A stretch of 64,000 nt of DNA, from assembly GCF_009914755.1 (NCBI RefSeq), contig NC_060927.1; one strand, 5' to 3'. Positions 24,351-36,957 of this stretch are shown here, piece by piece. Below the pieces are notes generated by a model, which was given only the letters and a program-made list of their open reading frames with translations, made no database searches and had not been told where the DNA came from. The stretch comes from the human T2T-CHM13v2.0 reference genome, Homo sapiens. A program made the position numbers and the translations under genes. Positions within the stretch are counted from its first letter, which is position 1. The number at the start of each line of letters is the position of its first letter.

Positions 24351-27300
24351 CAAGTTGCTTTGCTAGATTATGCTGAAATAATTGAGGAATCCTTACCTAT
24401 GCTAACCCTGAGAGGAAGAGCCAGAGAGGGAAGTCTCTGAGCTGTGAGCTACCCTGATTCTACACTGGGAAGTTAGGGGTAGAAGCACACAGGAGCCCAG
24501 CACTTACAGCCAGTGGCCCTGGGGGTCTCCTCCAGCTCCACCTCATGACACCCCGTGCTGCTGCGTGACTGCTCCTGGTGCCAAGGCCACCGCTGCCATG
24601 AGTCTGAATGGCTAATGCTGAGATTAGCAGGGCCTCCCTTCTACTGGCCTGTCCTCCTGGCTCTCCTCCCTTTTGCCTCTTCTGGATTTCAGGTCAGTTT
24701 GAAAGTGGGTGGCTGTCTCAGCTCCCTGTGAGCTTCCATTTCCAGTCTACGCTACGGAAGTCAGAGAGCTCAGACACAAATCCCTCCCAATGGCAAAGGT
24801 GCTATAGCTGCAACTTCCTCTGCAGTGACCCGGTGGGCAGTAATCTGTATTAGCAGAATTCCTCTCATGCCAGCACCAGCTGGGGGAGGAGAGGGTAGTG
24901 CCTGGGCATTCTGCTTTGGGAAGAAAAAGGACAATCAAAACCAAGTGAAATCCAACCACCATGGTGTACCCAACAGGTGGAGTGGGCTGCAAAGTCCTTA
25001 AACATCTCAACAGGAGAAGTAGCTCCATTTTGCGGGCAATTATTTTCTGCTTGAAATTAGCTGTTCTCACCAAGAATGGACTGCATACTAAATCAATTGC
25101 TCCACTGAGGCTGCCATAAGCTTCATGAAGCAAAGAATGATTCATTCTTCTAAAGCTGTGATTTCCTATTTGCTCACAAGCCATTGCAGGGGAAATCCTC
25201 ATCTTTCCCACTCACTGCTACACTCACTGTGATGTGTTTATAGACCTTCGGGGACCACACCTCCTCCAGCTGTCTGCCTTACTCGAAAATTAGACCCAGC
25301 TTGTCCCTGACTTCTAGTAGCCAGAAAGTCTTCCACAAGATCCAGCCGCATGATACGGAGTACACACATAAATGTGAAAACAAACCCCTCCATCCTTTCC
25401 CACTGTAAATCAACAGCACATGCCCTCTGTGTCTGACAATTCCTCTCAAAGACAGTGGCTCCAGCAGAGGAAATTAAGGCTGGTGCAGGTGCCCCAGAAG
25501 CTGAGTCATCCGGGATGACTGGTGGCCCTGAAGTCCCGCCCACAGAAGGACGGCCATGGGAGCCTGGCACACTGCCCCTTGGTGGCACAAATCCTGAGCA
25601 AGCCATGCCCTAACCTTAAACAAGGACCTAGGACTGTTTTCTCTCCCACAGCCTCTGAGAACTTGCCCTTTCTCTCCCAATGTGATTTGTAAACAATTCT
25701 CCTACCCAGCCTCAAGTAAATATCAGAGTTAAGCTGGTTTCATACACCATGTTGACAGTAAACATCTTAGAGGACACTTTCAATCCACCCACACTGCAGC
25801 TCAGTCCATCTGCACAAAGAGAAGACCCCCCCCCCCACCCCCATCGCGGTCCAACTTGGGGGTACATAGATGGAAAGGCAGCAGTAGTCAGCAGGTCAAC
25901 TCTGTCTGAAAGAGGTCCATGGCAATGTAAATACCAATCTACTGGCAACCACAAAGCACCCACATAGACAGGCACTGCAAGGAATGGAGGGTTTGAAGAA
26001 GCAGGTCTTGATGGAGTTTTAAAGACACAAAACCTCCTTCCCTTTCAGGGTCAAGGGTTTGTTGATTCCGCTACTCTGATGTGGAATTCAAAGAGATGGA
26101 TAATTATCATCCTTTCTAAGTGCTGTTTTCCATAATCAGGTCCCCGTGCTTATCCACATCCACACTCCCCTTCTCTCACAAAGTCCTACTTGTCTCCTGG
26201 GAGCCCCTGCACGCCTCCCCTCTCTGAATCTCTGCGAATTTTCACTTATAAAACAGTAACAACTCTCTCAAGGTCATCAAAAATGGCAGAACAGTGTTCC
26301 CCCATCTCTGAAAAATATGAATGTGAGAAACGGTTTCATACTGCTGAGAGAATTTATAAGACTTAAGCAGAAGAATCTTCAGATCCCCCATCCCCCAGAG
26401 ATTTTTGCAAATGAGCCAGCCCAGCCACAAAAATGTATGCAAACTTGAAGATAAAATGGAATTAAAATATGTTTTAAAGAGAAGCAGGCTTTGGAAAAAT
26501 GAGGATTTTAATAAAAACAGAAATTACGACAATATTTCTACCACACAAGCACCTCAGGGCATATGGTGCTACAAAAATCAAGCAACTGTGCCTATTAGCA
26601 AATGGGGAGAACGATAAGCGAAAAATCAATGGGCAGGAAAAAGCTTCACGGGCAGGCTGGGGTTTAGGGACATTCCCTGGTGACCCACAGTGACCTGTGC
26701 CCGGAGCAAGGGTTCTTGGCCTGGGTCACATGGACAGCCCTTAAGATATCCACCCCCATCCTTGAAATTTTATGCAAAAATTGTAAGTCTGGGCATTTTT
26801 CTGAAGAGGGGGTCCATAGCTCCCCTTGGATTCTTAGAAGGGTCTCTGCCCCTTCGCTGACCTCCAGCCTCTTGAGGACCAAAGGCTGAGACCATGTGAG
26901 AGATGGGGTCTTGGGCTGGGAATGGTCCAATCCAAGACAGTCACAGCATCTACAGATGTGACTCTGCCCTTAACCATGGGCCTCTGCTTCTTATCTAGTA
27001 AGGAGAAGGAGATATATGGGGCTATGCCACCGAGGCCAAAGCCAGGAGGCAAAACTGTGACGTGTGTTAGGTTTGTGTGGGTCCAACAGTCTTCTCAATG
27101 GGAACATCAATGTGGGAGAAACATTTAGCTTTGCTTTCATCTCTTAAACAAATATCTTAATTCTTCAATACAAATGCAGATTTCAAGCATGACTGAAATG
27201 CCAATCTTTTTATTCAATACATATATGTAATGTAACTACAGTTTGTGTCCCTCCCAGGAAAAAGCATGAAATAGACATTTGTCTGCAGAGTCCACTCATT

Positions 27301-28549
27301 TCCCTGTCACAGGCTTCGTTCACTCCACCCATGTCCCCAAAGGTACTCTCTTTCCTGGCACTTCACTCCTGCTTTCCCCTCCTCAGACAGATGACTCCCA
27401 CCCCACCCCACCCTTCCTGCTTTAGTGAACTGCCTTCTCTCTTAACCTAGACCTGGCCTTCAGGTAGCTGGGGTCAACACAAGCAGTTTGATCTACTAAC
27501 ATCTCCTTTATTTGTACATGGCCTTATAACCTAATATCTTAATTCAGAGGACTGAATCCTCACTGGTTAGATTTGAGATATCATGGCAGAAGCCTGCGTG
27601 GTTCCATTACCTAACCATTAAAGATGCATTTTGCCTTTGGACAGGGAGCTTTTCTGTGCCAAACCAGGAATCACAGACATGCAGGGGCAAGAGGGTCTAC
27701 TCTAGCACGGATTAAGACGACCTCCTAAAGCCATCTTATGCCCAAGTAAATAAGTATCCAATAAACAGACAATATCTCAACAGAAAAACAGCACCCACTG
27801 AACTCAAGTGACCTGCAACTTTCCTGAAAACCTATATGGCAAGGACAGACAATAAAGCCAGCTAGAGAATGAACATCAAATTCTCTTTTAGCAGCAAGCA
27901 TATTGCAGTTCAATCATTTTTAAAGCCTGGCAACTTTCCCCACACACTGTTAACTTGGCAAGGAGGCACTGGGGTGAACTGAGCCATACCAAAAAACCTT
28001 GGCACTGAGTGACAAGACCATACACATCTAGATATGATCTTTTTGGGGAAATCTAGCCATGTCAAAAAAAATGGGTAGTCTGAGGGTCACAGAAATGCAG
28101 GCAGTAGGTGAGAAGACCCAAAGCACCATGCTCAGATATCCTCAGAAAAGAGAACTGTCAGGTACACAGCAGCATGGCAAAGAAGTAACCAGGGAATGAT
28201 GTCCCCTCATAGACAAATTATTTCTCAATTCCATAACTACACAGAACAGGCAATAACATGCACTAATGGCCACCAGGGCAAGTGTACTTATGTTTTCTAG
28301 GGGAAAAGAGTCAACAGAGGCTGGTTTCCCAACAAATGAGAGGTTCTAGAAAAATAAAGAGTGTGGAGTTGAGACATAGATAGAGGCTAGGGACTGGAGA
28401 GATTGGAAGAGTAGGCAAGTAGAAGACAAAGGGGATAAATCAAGAAACACAGTGATTTTACAGAAGAGAAACAAAGGGGTCTCAGTGTCTATGAGGAGCA
28501 AGTGCCCAACAACCAATTACTGAATCCATTTTTCAGGTCTTCAGTTAAA

Positions 28550-28690
28550 ATTTTTAAATTTTTTATTAAATTAGAGACAGGGTCTTGCTATGTTGCCAAA
28601 GTTGGTCTCAAACTCCTGGCCCTCAAGTGATCCTCCCATCTTGGCCTCCCAAAGTGCTGGGATCACAGGCATGAACCACTGCACCCGACC
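28550..28690 (-). mobile_element. Alu monomer (FLAM_C-like)
   Basis: TSD cttcagtt on both sides. Confidence 0.85.
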
Positions 28691-29163
28691 TTCAGTTCTA
28701 ACAATAATAGTGTTAGTGTTTGCAGTACAGAATCCATAAAACCAAGGACTTAGTCCCTTTTATCTCTAGTCATTTTCTCATTCCAATATGTACAGCATAT
28801 TTAACCAAATTATCACAATCATTACATAATCCTCACAGTGTATCTTCACAATCAGTGACATTTCTTAAGAAGCCCCATCTAACAGGCAAAGGTCATGAAA
28901 ACTGACATAGCCACATCTGAAGATCCAGTCCGACTCTGTATATATGTCAATAACATCAGCATAGCCCAGGGTATATAAAGACGGCCAGCAATCCAGGAAA
29001 TTTCACTTGGCCTTCTTGTACCCATTTCCAATAAGCAACTCATATCACATGACTACCAAGTGCAAGGCATTCACTACTACATGCTTGGAAAAAGTATCTC
29101 CCCTGAGGACACAGAGATAGAAAGTTTTGGCATATGAATGCCAAATGGTTGATCCTGATGAAC

Positions 29164-29705
29164 CTACTGTCCTTCCCACACACTGCACAGGTGAGATTTC
29201 TCCTCTGGAAGAGTCTTTTTGGTGGCTGTGTCTAATTCTCCAAAAGTAGGCCATCTTTGTTGGGTAGAGGGTATCTCAGCTGAAAGGGTGGATGTTCCAC
29301 TTTGGTCAGAAGTCATGCCGAAGACAGAAGCTGTGGACACATGCCTTCAGCTGGTGTCTGGTATAGCTGGTACCCCTTGGCCCTGCTGCAGGGCGGCTGT
29401 TGAAGGCTCCTGCACACGTACTATCCTCTACATGGAGCCACTTCCAAAGCCAGGCAACCAACTGTGCCTCAAAGGCCACCGGCGAATTTAGGGGACCTTA
29501 TCTTGCCATTTGGAGGTAGATTCAACAACGAGGCCACTGTGAGGGGAACCCGATGGAGAAGCTGGATCTTATCCTTGACAGGTCCAAGTACACGCATGTC
29601 CACACAGCAAGCTAGTCCCAGCTGCCTTTCGGAGATGCTGAGTTTGTCGTCACTGACATCACAATCCTCCTGCCGCCTCCCAGGGGATGAGCTGGCTGGC
29701 TGGCT
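29164..29705 (-). other. Exon-like unique block: candidate alternative terminal exon or decayed cassette exon of OSBPL10
   Basis: ttag|AGC acceptor; 78 open codons in the phase of the upstream exon; 11 CpGs; no recognisable repeat. Confidence 0.35.
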
Positions 29706-30619
29706 CTAACCACACATACACACACATTTACCACACTTGGCTCTTATAGACTGGAAGGACAGATGCTCTTCCTGAGCAAAGGGGCCGACCTGCAGAAAGG
29801 TTAGTTTTAAATAAAACACACCCTGGAAGGCAGAAGGAAGTCACTTCTGGGGAGGGGAGAGAGTGGGGGCATTTGTCATCAGCCAAGATAATTGGGAACA
29901 ATTATATTGAGAGGATTCAACAGGCGTTCCTTTAAAACATTCGAGGGAAGCATTCACAGGAAATAGCAGCATGTCTTTGTCTAATTTCTACATTTCTGAT
30001 TAGAAACCAGAGTCCTGCTATTTTTAAATGAAAGGGAAAAAAAGAAATCAAGAAATAGCAAGGAAAACCTAAAGAAAGTACAAAAAAGAAAAGGGAAGAA
30101 GCAGCGGCAAATGAAGGGGTAGGCAACAATTTTGCAGCTGAGCTTTTGGAGCGTGCCAGTATGAATACCAACTGCCAGCGTGCAGAATCCCAGAGGCTGC
30201 AAATCAAGCTTAGCATCAGCCTGCTGCCTGGAAAAGCAGGGAAAGGGCAGGGCCCCAACAAGACAGAGAGGGCCTCCTAGGTGCCAAGCACTGTGTCAGG
30301 TGCTTTACAGCATCTCAATGAGCAAGACACTAGCACTTTAAAACCAAATCCAGCGCTGAATTAATAACACAGCCAAGAGCTCTGAAAGACACCCTGAAAG
30401 CAAAGCTGTTTATGATTGTGGGGCCAAGGTCTTCAGGCAGCACCGATCACAGGAAGCTCATGAGTATTTGGGATAAAAGTCATAGTGAGGATAAGGAAGA
30501 GGCCATGAAATCAGAGACCACCACAGCTTTAGGAGACAGAGATGCACAAAAGGAAAGCTTGGAGATCTGGCTGCAGATAGTCCTGGAGATAAATCCTAAA
30601 GACGCTATGCCCCACCTGT

Positions 30620-30755
30620 AAGGCTCAGCCTTCCTGTCTCTAAAATGGAGATGGTACCACCTCTCATATCTGAGAGGCCTGCTCTAGGTCTCAACAAGGC
30701 AAAGCGTGTAAAGCACTGAACACAGTGGCTGGCACACAAGAAGTGCTTGGTAAAC
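30620..30755 (+). mobile_element. MIR fragment
   Basis: ctcagccttcctgtctctaaaatggagat...gtaaagcactgaacacagtggctggcacac. Confidence 0.6.
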
Positions 30756-32054
30756 AGCCATGCTCTGACGAGGCCTGTGACGTTCGTACTGGGCACACAG
30801 TGGTATGTTGACTTGAGGTTGCTGCTAACACTCCTGCATCTTCCTACTTGTGCTGCTCCCCTTCTCCCCCCACAGCTTCCCTCTCAAAGCTGATTGACAC
30901 CACCCAAGCTCCTCTCCTAGGCCTTCCCCACTGAGGGCTTTGGGGCTGCAGGGCCCTGTCCACGAGGTAAGCATCACTTCCCTGGTCTGGAGCTACACTA
31001 GGAAAGGATTCAGAGAACTTTCAAATATGTCTCAATCAAGGTCACATGCAAATGTGTGAACTAAGCAAGACAAACACAAAGCAGCAAGTGCAGTGAATCA
31101 GAGATAGTATCCCAGCAACCAGCCCCAGAGGACCAGCTGTGGTTTGGAGGTGACAGGAGCAGCAGCCATCCACACCTGCCATCCAAACCTGCCATCCACA
31201 GCTACTTGAGTTCTCCAGACCTAGGAAAGGTAGGGAAGAAACTCCTTCAAGACCCCATTCTAGCCTTCCTGGAGCTCTGATAAGAGGGAATGCAATGGGT
31301 TTAGACATAAAGGCATAAGGGTAGGTTTAATGGTAAGCAGACACCAGGCCTGAAAGGGTTAATCACCTCAGCCACCTCCAATGCCCACAGGTAACAAAGC
31401 ACCACATTAGATACTGAAGATAGAAATTTGCTTAAGATATGGTCTCAGCATTCAACAGGCTGGTGTTCTGGTTGAGAAGGAGTACATGGATCTTTCTTTC
31501 TCCTACCCCTGGAGACTAGTAAGTTTCAGACTGTAAGTTTCAACTCATGATTTGAGACTTAGTTCAACCATGTTTCACAGAGGTGGAGCCTCCATTCTAG
31601 CAAGGAGTCCCTAGGTGCTTCAGACATGCCCATTCTGGCACTTAGCAAAGTGGATTTATGCAAGTGCACACCTACTTTCCAACTGGACCAGAAATGTCAG
31701 CCCTCTTTTGGCAAAGGAAAATTGATTATTTGGGGCTGGCTACTCAGGGCCATGGGTGGAGGTGGACGTAGAGGCCATATACAAATCTGGGGAGAAAGAA
31801 TGCTGTGATCAATTAGTAATATCAGCCAGTGGCTCAGGAGGGGAACGCAGTGGCCATGTGGTTGTCAGCTTACCTTAATCGGAATTCTTTCATGGAGGAA
31901 TCCTAGCTAACTGAGGGTTTCATTTCTAGAATTCCAACACAAAGGGTGGTTTATAACAGATGTACAGTAAGTTCTTAAAAGGAATGAATTTATAAAACCA
32001 AAAAGAAAGCATGGGAAACTTGAGTGTGCAAGGACAAAATCTAGATTTAACAGG

Positions 32055-32345
32055 ACAGCCAGTCACAGAAGGCCAGGTGTTGTGATTCCACTTCTATGAG
32101 ACATCCAAGACAGGCAACAAAGATTAGTGGTTGCCAGAGGCTGCGAGGATGGGTGGAATGGGGGTGACAGCTAAAGGGTCCAGGGCTTGTTTTTGAGGTG
32201 ATGAAAATGTTCTAAAATTGACTGTGGTGACAGTGACATACACCTGTAAATATACTAAAATCCACCAAATGGTTGGTACAATTTAAATGGATAAATTGTA
32301 TGGCATGCCTATTATATCTCAATAATGTTGTCATCAAAAATAGAA
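32055..32345 (+). mobile_element. L1MB-type 3' end
   Basis: agattagtggttgccagagg...gtgatgaaaatgttctaaaattgactgtggtga...tatatctcaataa. Confidence 0.8.
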
Positions 32346-32751
32346 AAATAAATGAAAGGATATATGATGCAAAATCAAATAGCAAAGGCCAGGAGGAAGG
32401 GCGTGCCCAGGGTGATCAGAGGGGCTCACACAGAGAAGGCAGACTCTGGGCTGGGTGTCACCAAAGAGGAGCACTTAAAGTAGCCAAGAGAAGGAGGGGA
32501 CAGTCCAACAGAAGAAATGATGCCAGCCAGGGATGAAGAGAACCTTACTGCAGGGAAGTACAGCTGAGGCCAAGCACATGGTTTTGGCCTTATAATAGGA
32601 CTCATTCCCTTGGAGAGCCCATCTGGTCCAACAGCTTTCAATAATTTCTAAATGTATGTTTCCTAAGTGTGTATCTCAAGTTCAGCCTTCTCCCCTGAAC
32701 TCTAGCTTTGTGCACCCAGTGGCCTATTCAACATCTCCCCCTTAGCTATCC

Positions 32752-33225
32752 GAGGTGGGCAGGATAGCAGACCCCTGAGCTGCCCACATCCTAATTCCCG
32801 GAACCTGTGTATACGGCACTTTAAGTGACAAGGGGGCTTTACACATGTGATTACGTTAAGGACCTTGAGATGAGGAGATTAACCTGGATTGCTGAGGTGG
32901 CCTTGATGTAAAAACATGAATCGCTAAAGTTAGAGAATCTTTCCACGCTGTGGACAGGAAGAGGAATATAGATGCAACGTTCCTGGCTCTGAAGATGGAG
33001 GAAGGGGCTGCAAGCCAAGGAATGTGGGCAGCCTCTAGAAACTGGAAAAGCCAAGGAAACAAATTCTTTCCTAGGGCCTCCAGAAAGCAATGCAGCCCTG
33101 CCAACACCTTGATTTCAGCCCACTGAAACCTGTGTCTGACTTCTTATGCAGAACTACGAGATGATAAATTAGCATTGTTTTAAATCAATAAGTCGATGAT
33201 CATTTGTTACAGCAGTGAAAACACA
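32752..33225 (+). mobile_element. MLT1D-like MaLR LTR inside an L2 (L2 about 32600-34420)
   Basis: ttaaggaccttgagatg...gccaaggaatgtgggcagcctctagaaactggaaaagccaaggaaac. Confidence 0.8.
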
Positions 33226-33684
33226 TCACCTAATGGCCATCTCAGACTTACTGTGTCTAAAACAGACCTTTCAATTCATACCTCCAAAATATGATCCTCC
33301 TCATCTCAGTAAATAACAGCTTTGTTTTTCTAATCACTTGGCCAAAAGCCTTGGCACCATCCTTGACTTTAATTTCTTGCTTACGCACTGTTCCACATCA
33401 CATCCATCAGCAACTTCTGCAAATTATATCTAGAATCTCATGGTTTCTCACAACCTCAGCCACTCTGGCAAAGCCACCGTCACCTCTCTCTCCTAATTAC
33501 TGCAACAGCTTCCCAGTCAGTCTCCTCACAGTAGCTAGAAGGCATCTTAAATCATAAAGTTCATCACATAACTCCTAAGCTGAAAGCCCTCTCCTCTTGA
33601 CTCAGACTAAATGTCAAAGTCCTGACTGTGGCCCGTGAGGCCCTACACGATGTTGCCCCCACGACTTCTCTACTCTTCTCTTGA

Positions 33685-34201
<517 letters not shown>

Positions 34202-35388
34202 TAGGCCAGCACCACTCCCTCTCCTCCCTCTCCACCATTTGCTCCTTCCTCAGCTCTGCTTTTCCTTGCAGCACTGATCACTCTCAACTATATTATATGT
34301 GCATTTATCATCTCTCTCCCTTGCAGAAAGTCAGCTCACAGGAAGCAGGACCAAAATGTTTTGCTCACCGCTGTGGCTTTATCAACAAAAATACTATCTG
34401 ACACTGACTTATTCGTTGCATAAGTAAAGGAAATAAACAGCTGGCTTTCCCCTATGGAAATGAGGAACTGCTGAAGATTCTGAGGAGGCTGGGTAACAGA
34501 ACTCAGGCCCTAGGAGATGAATGGTTGGTTAAGTAAGCAACGATATGATTGCACACAGAGGGGATGGGGCACTGAGAGCAGTTTTGGAAGACTCCTGCCA
34601 CAGTCCAGCGTGAGGGAGACCAACATGCACTGGGGGGTGGTAGTGACATGTTTGACATCCTTCCTTCTCCTCTACTCGGTATACACGTAAGGCTCTGTGT
34701 TAGGCGCAGAGGAGGATTACAATCAGTGCAGGACATGGCCTGGGTCACCCTGGACACTGCAGCCTTGCTGGGCAGACAGTAGCTGGGTTTCGAGTTCCCG
34801 TATGTGGAAGATCAAACAGTGAGTTATTGCGGGGGCGCAGTAATCAGAGGGGAGGCAAGGAGCTGGCAGCAGGCAGGTAAGGAAGAGAGAGAGAAAGCAC
34901 GAGAGGCAGCGGGGTGGAGTGAGAGGCAAAATGGACTAGTCAAAACTGTCTGCAGATTCAATTATTCTACTAAACACGATGGGCAAATAGAAAACAGCTA
35001 AGACGACACACATGGGCAGGCAGCATTCAGTGGGGAAAAGGGCCGTTCTCATCTCAGCTCCCCTCCTTTCAGCCCTGCGTGCACTCGAGAAAGGAACCCA
35101 GCAGCCGCGTCCTGCCTTTCCTGTTTTGCGCACCATCCTCCTAGTCACCCAGGCTTGAGACCTGCAAGTTCCCGGACACCTCCCATCTAGAGAGCCACCT
35201 GGCCCACCATCCCTTCCTTTCCTCATCTTTGCTGCTACCACACCCTAGGTTTTGACCACATAAATGTAGGGCCCTGCCAGCCTCCCAGCTCATCCTTCTG
35301 CTCCAGACGCCTCCTCTTAACACTGTCTTGTACCACACCACCAGAGTGTTCTTCCCCAGACACCCACTGCTCTGTTCAAAAGTCTTCA

Positions 35389-35449
35389 ATCAAGCACATA
35401 TTCTCAGGATCTCCTGAGGGCTGTGTCAAAAAAAAAAAAAAAAAAAAAA
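35389..35449 (+). mobile_element. Micro-retrocopy: 39-nt body plus poly(A), flanked by 11-bp TSDs
   Basis: TSD aaaagtcttca at 35378-35388 and 35446-35456; the empty site restores the surrounding L2-like sequence. Confidence 0.8.
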
Positions 35450-35602
35450 GTCTTCAGTTGCTTCCCACTGCCCAGAGGAAAATGTCTACTCAGTCAGTAC
35501 TTCGGTTTTCCTCAATCTGACCCATACTTCCCCTCCCCTCCTAAACTTCCTCTAGCCTAGTCTGAGGACAGTATACTCACTTCTCACCCTACTCTCTAGA
35601 CT

Positions 35603-35787
35603 TGTGCTATCTAATCCAGAAGCTGTTAGTCACATTTAGCTATTTAAAATAATTAAAATTAAACACAATTTAAAATTCTGTTCCTTGATGGCACTAGCCA
35701 CATTCAGACTAGTGGCTACCATATTGGACAGCATAGAAAGAAAATACTTTCATCATTGCAGCAAGTTTGATTGGAGAGTGGTGCTCT
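35603..35787 (+). mobile_element. MER33-like hAT-Charlie element
   Basis: gcactagccacatt...agtggctaccatattggacagca...tttcatcattgcag. Confidence 0.75.
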
Positions 35788-36514
35788 AACTTTTGATGGC
35801 CTCCCAATCAATTTCTACTCCTTCCACCAATTGTTATCTACCTGTAAGAACAGCATTGGCACCATGATGCTGGCTCTAACAATCTGGGCAGGAGCAATCC
35901 CTCCCTCCTCTAAATCCTATGTGTAAGTTTTACTGGGATCACTCGAACGTTACTGCCATGTCTATCTTTTCTTAATTTCTTGGTAATAGAAAGTTCAGTG
36001 GGAAGAGATTATTTTGAAAATCTAAAATTCCTGATGAAACACCACAGAACAATTTTACAAACACCTCCATTTCAAAAACAAACTGATGAAGGAATAATGT
36101 AGTTGGGGTGGCCAATAGTAATAAAATGATTCTGTGCCTAAAAACTTAAAGGAATTCTACTACCGATGATTTGCTTCTGTCATAAGCACTGGTCCATGCC
36201 GAGACTAGAAGTCTGGCTTTCTATATCCACAGTTGAAATCATTATTGACTTATGCTTTGTGCTGGGTGATGGATTTCTTCTCATCTGCGGATGGTAAATG
36301 GCCTTATTCAAAAAGAGACACGAGACTAAAGTCGACGGTACCACATCAGTGATTCTTTCGGAACTGTACACTTGATGCCACTAATTGCTAGACTGCCTTG
36401 CTTTTCCCACAAATTATGCAGTTACGGGCCTGAACTCTACGGCAGGGACAGCAGAAAACATGTAAAGCACTGTGGGAATGCAGAGTGGCAGCGGGAAAGG
36501 CTCTAAATTAGGTC

Positions 36515-36957
36515 TACTGTGGTCCCTGGACCTGCAGCAGCAGAATCACTGTGAACTGAATAGAAATACAAGTCTAGGGCCCCCCTCCAGACCTACAGAC
36601 ACAGAAACTCTGGGGGCAGGGCAGAGACCAGTATTTGTTTGGTTTGGGGTTTGTTTATCCTTTTAATTGAAATATAGTTATAACTTATACTTGGTACAAT
36701 ATACAAATCTTATTGTACAGTTCCATGAATTTTGACAAATGTATCACTTTATATCCAACTTCATACTTTTTGTTTAAGTGTATGGTTCAGGAGTATTAAC
36801 TATAATGACATTATTGTACAACAGATCTCTAGGACTTTTTCATCCTGTATAGCAAACTCTATACCCACTGAACAGCAACTCCCTTGCTCCTCCTCCCTGC
36901 TCCCCGAGGCCCTCCAGGAGATTTGGGCGCACTCTAACATTTGAGAAGGTCTGCTCT
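36515..36957 (+). mobile_element. MER5A-like element split by an antisense L1M 3' fragment (about 36660-36900)
   Basis: gtggtccctggacc...ccagacctacagacacagaaactctggggg | ccctccaggagatt...tttgagaaggtctgctcta. Confidence 0.65.

Noticed and set aside
24747-25606. 154-aa and 122-aa minus-strand ORFs
   Set aside because: No protein-like features and no phase-compatible splice sites identified
31170-31202. Three imperfect 13-bp units (cctgccatccaca)
   Set aside because: Ordinary short tandem repeat, as are those near 49015 and 52975; no spacer structure, not CRISPR-like
36330-36342. agtcgacggtacc resembles a SalI-KpnI plasmid polylinker
   Set aside because: Only 13 bp and the flanks do not continue as vector; chance match
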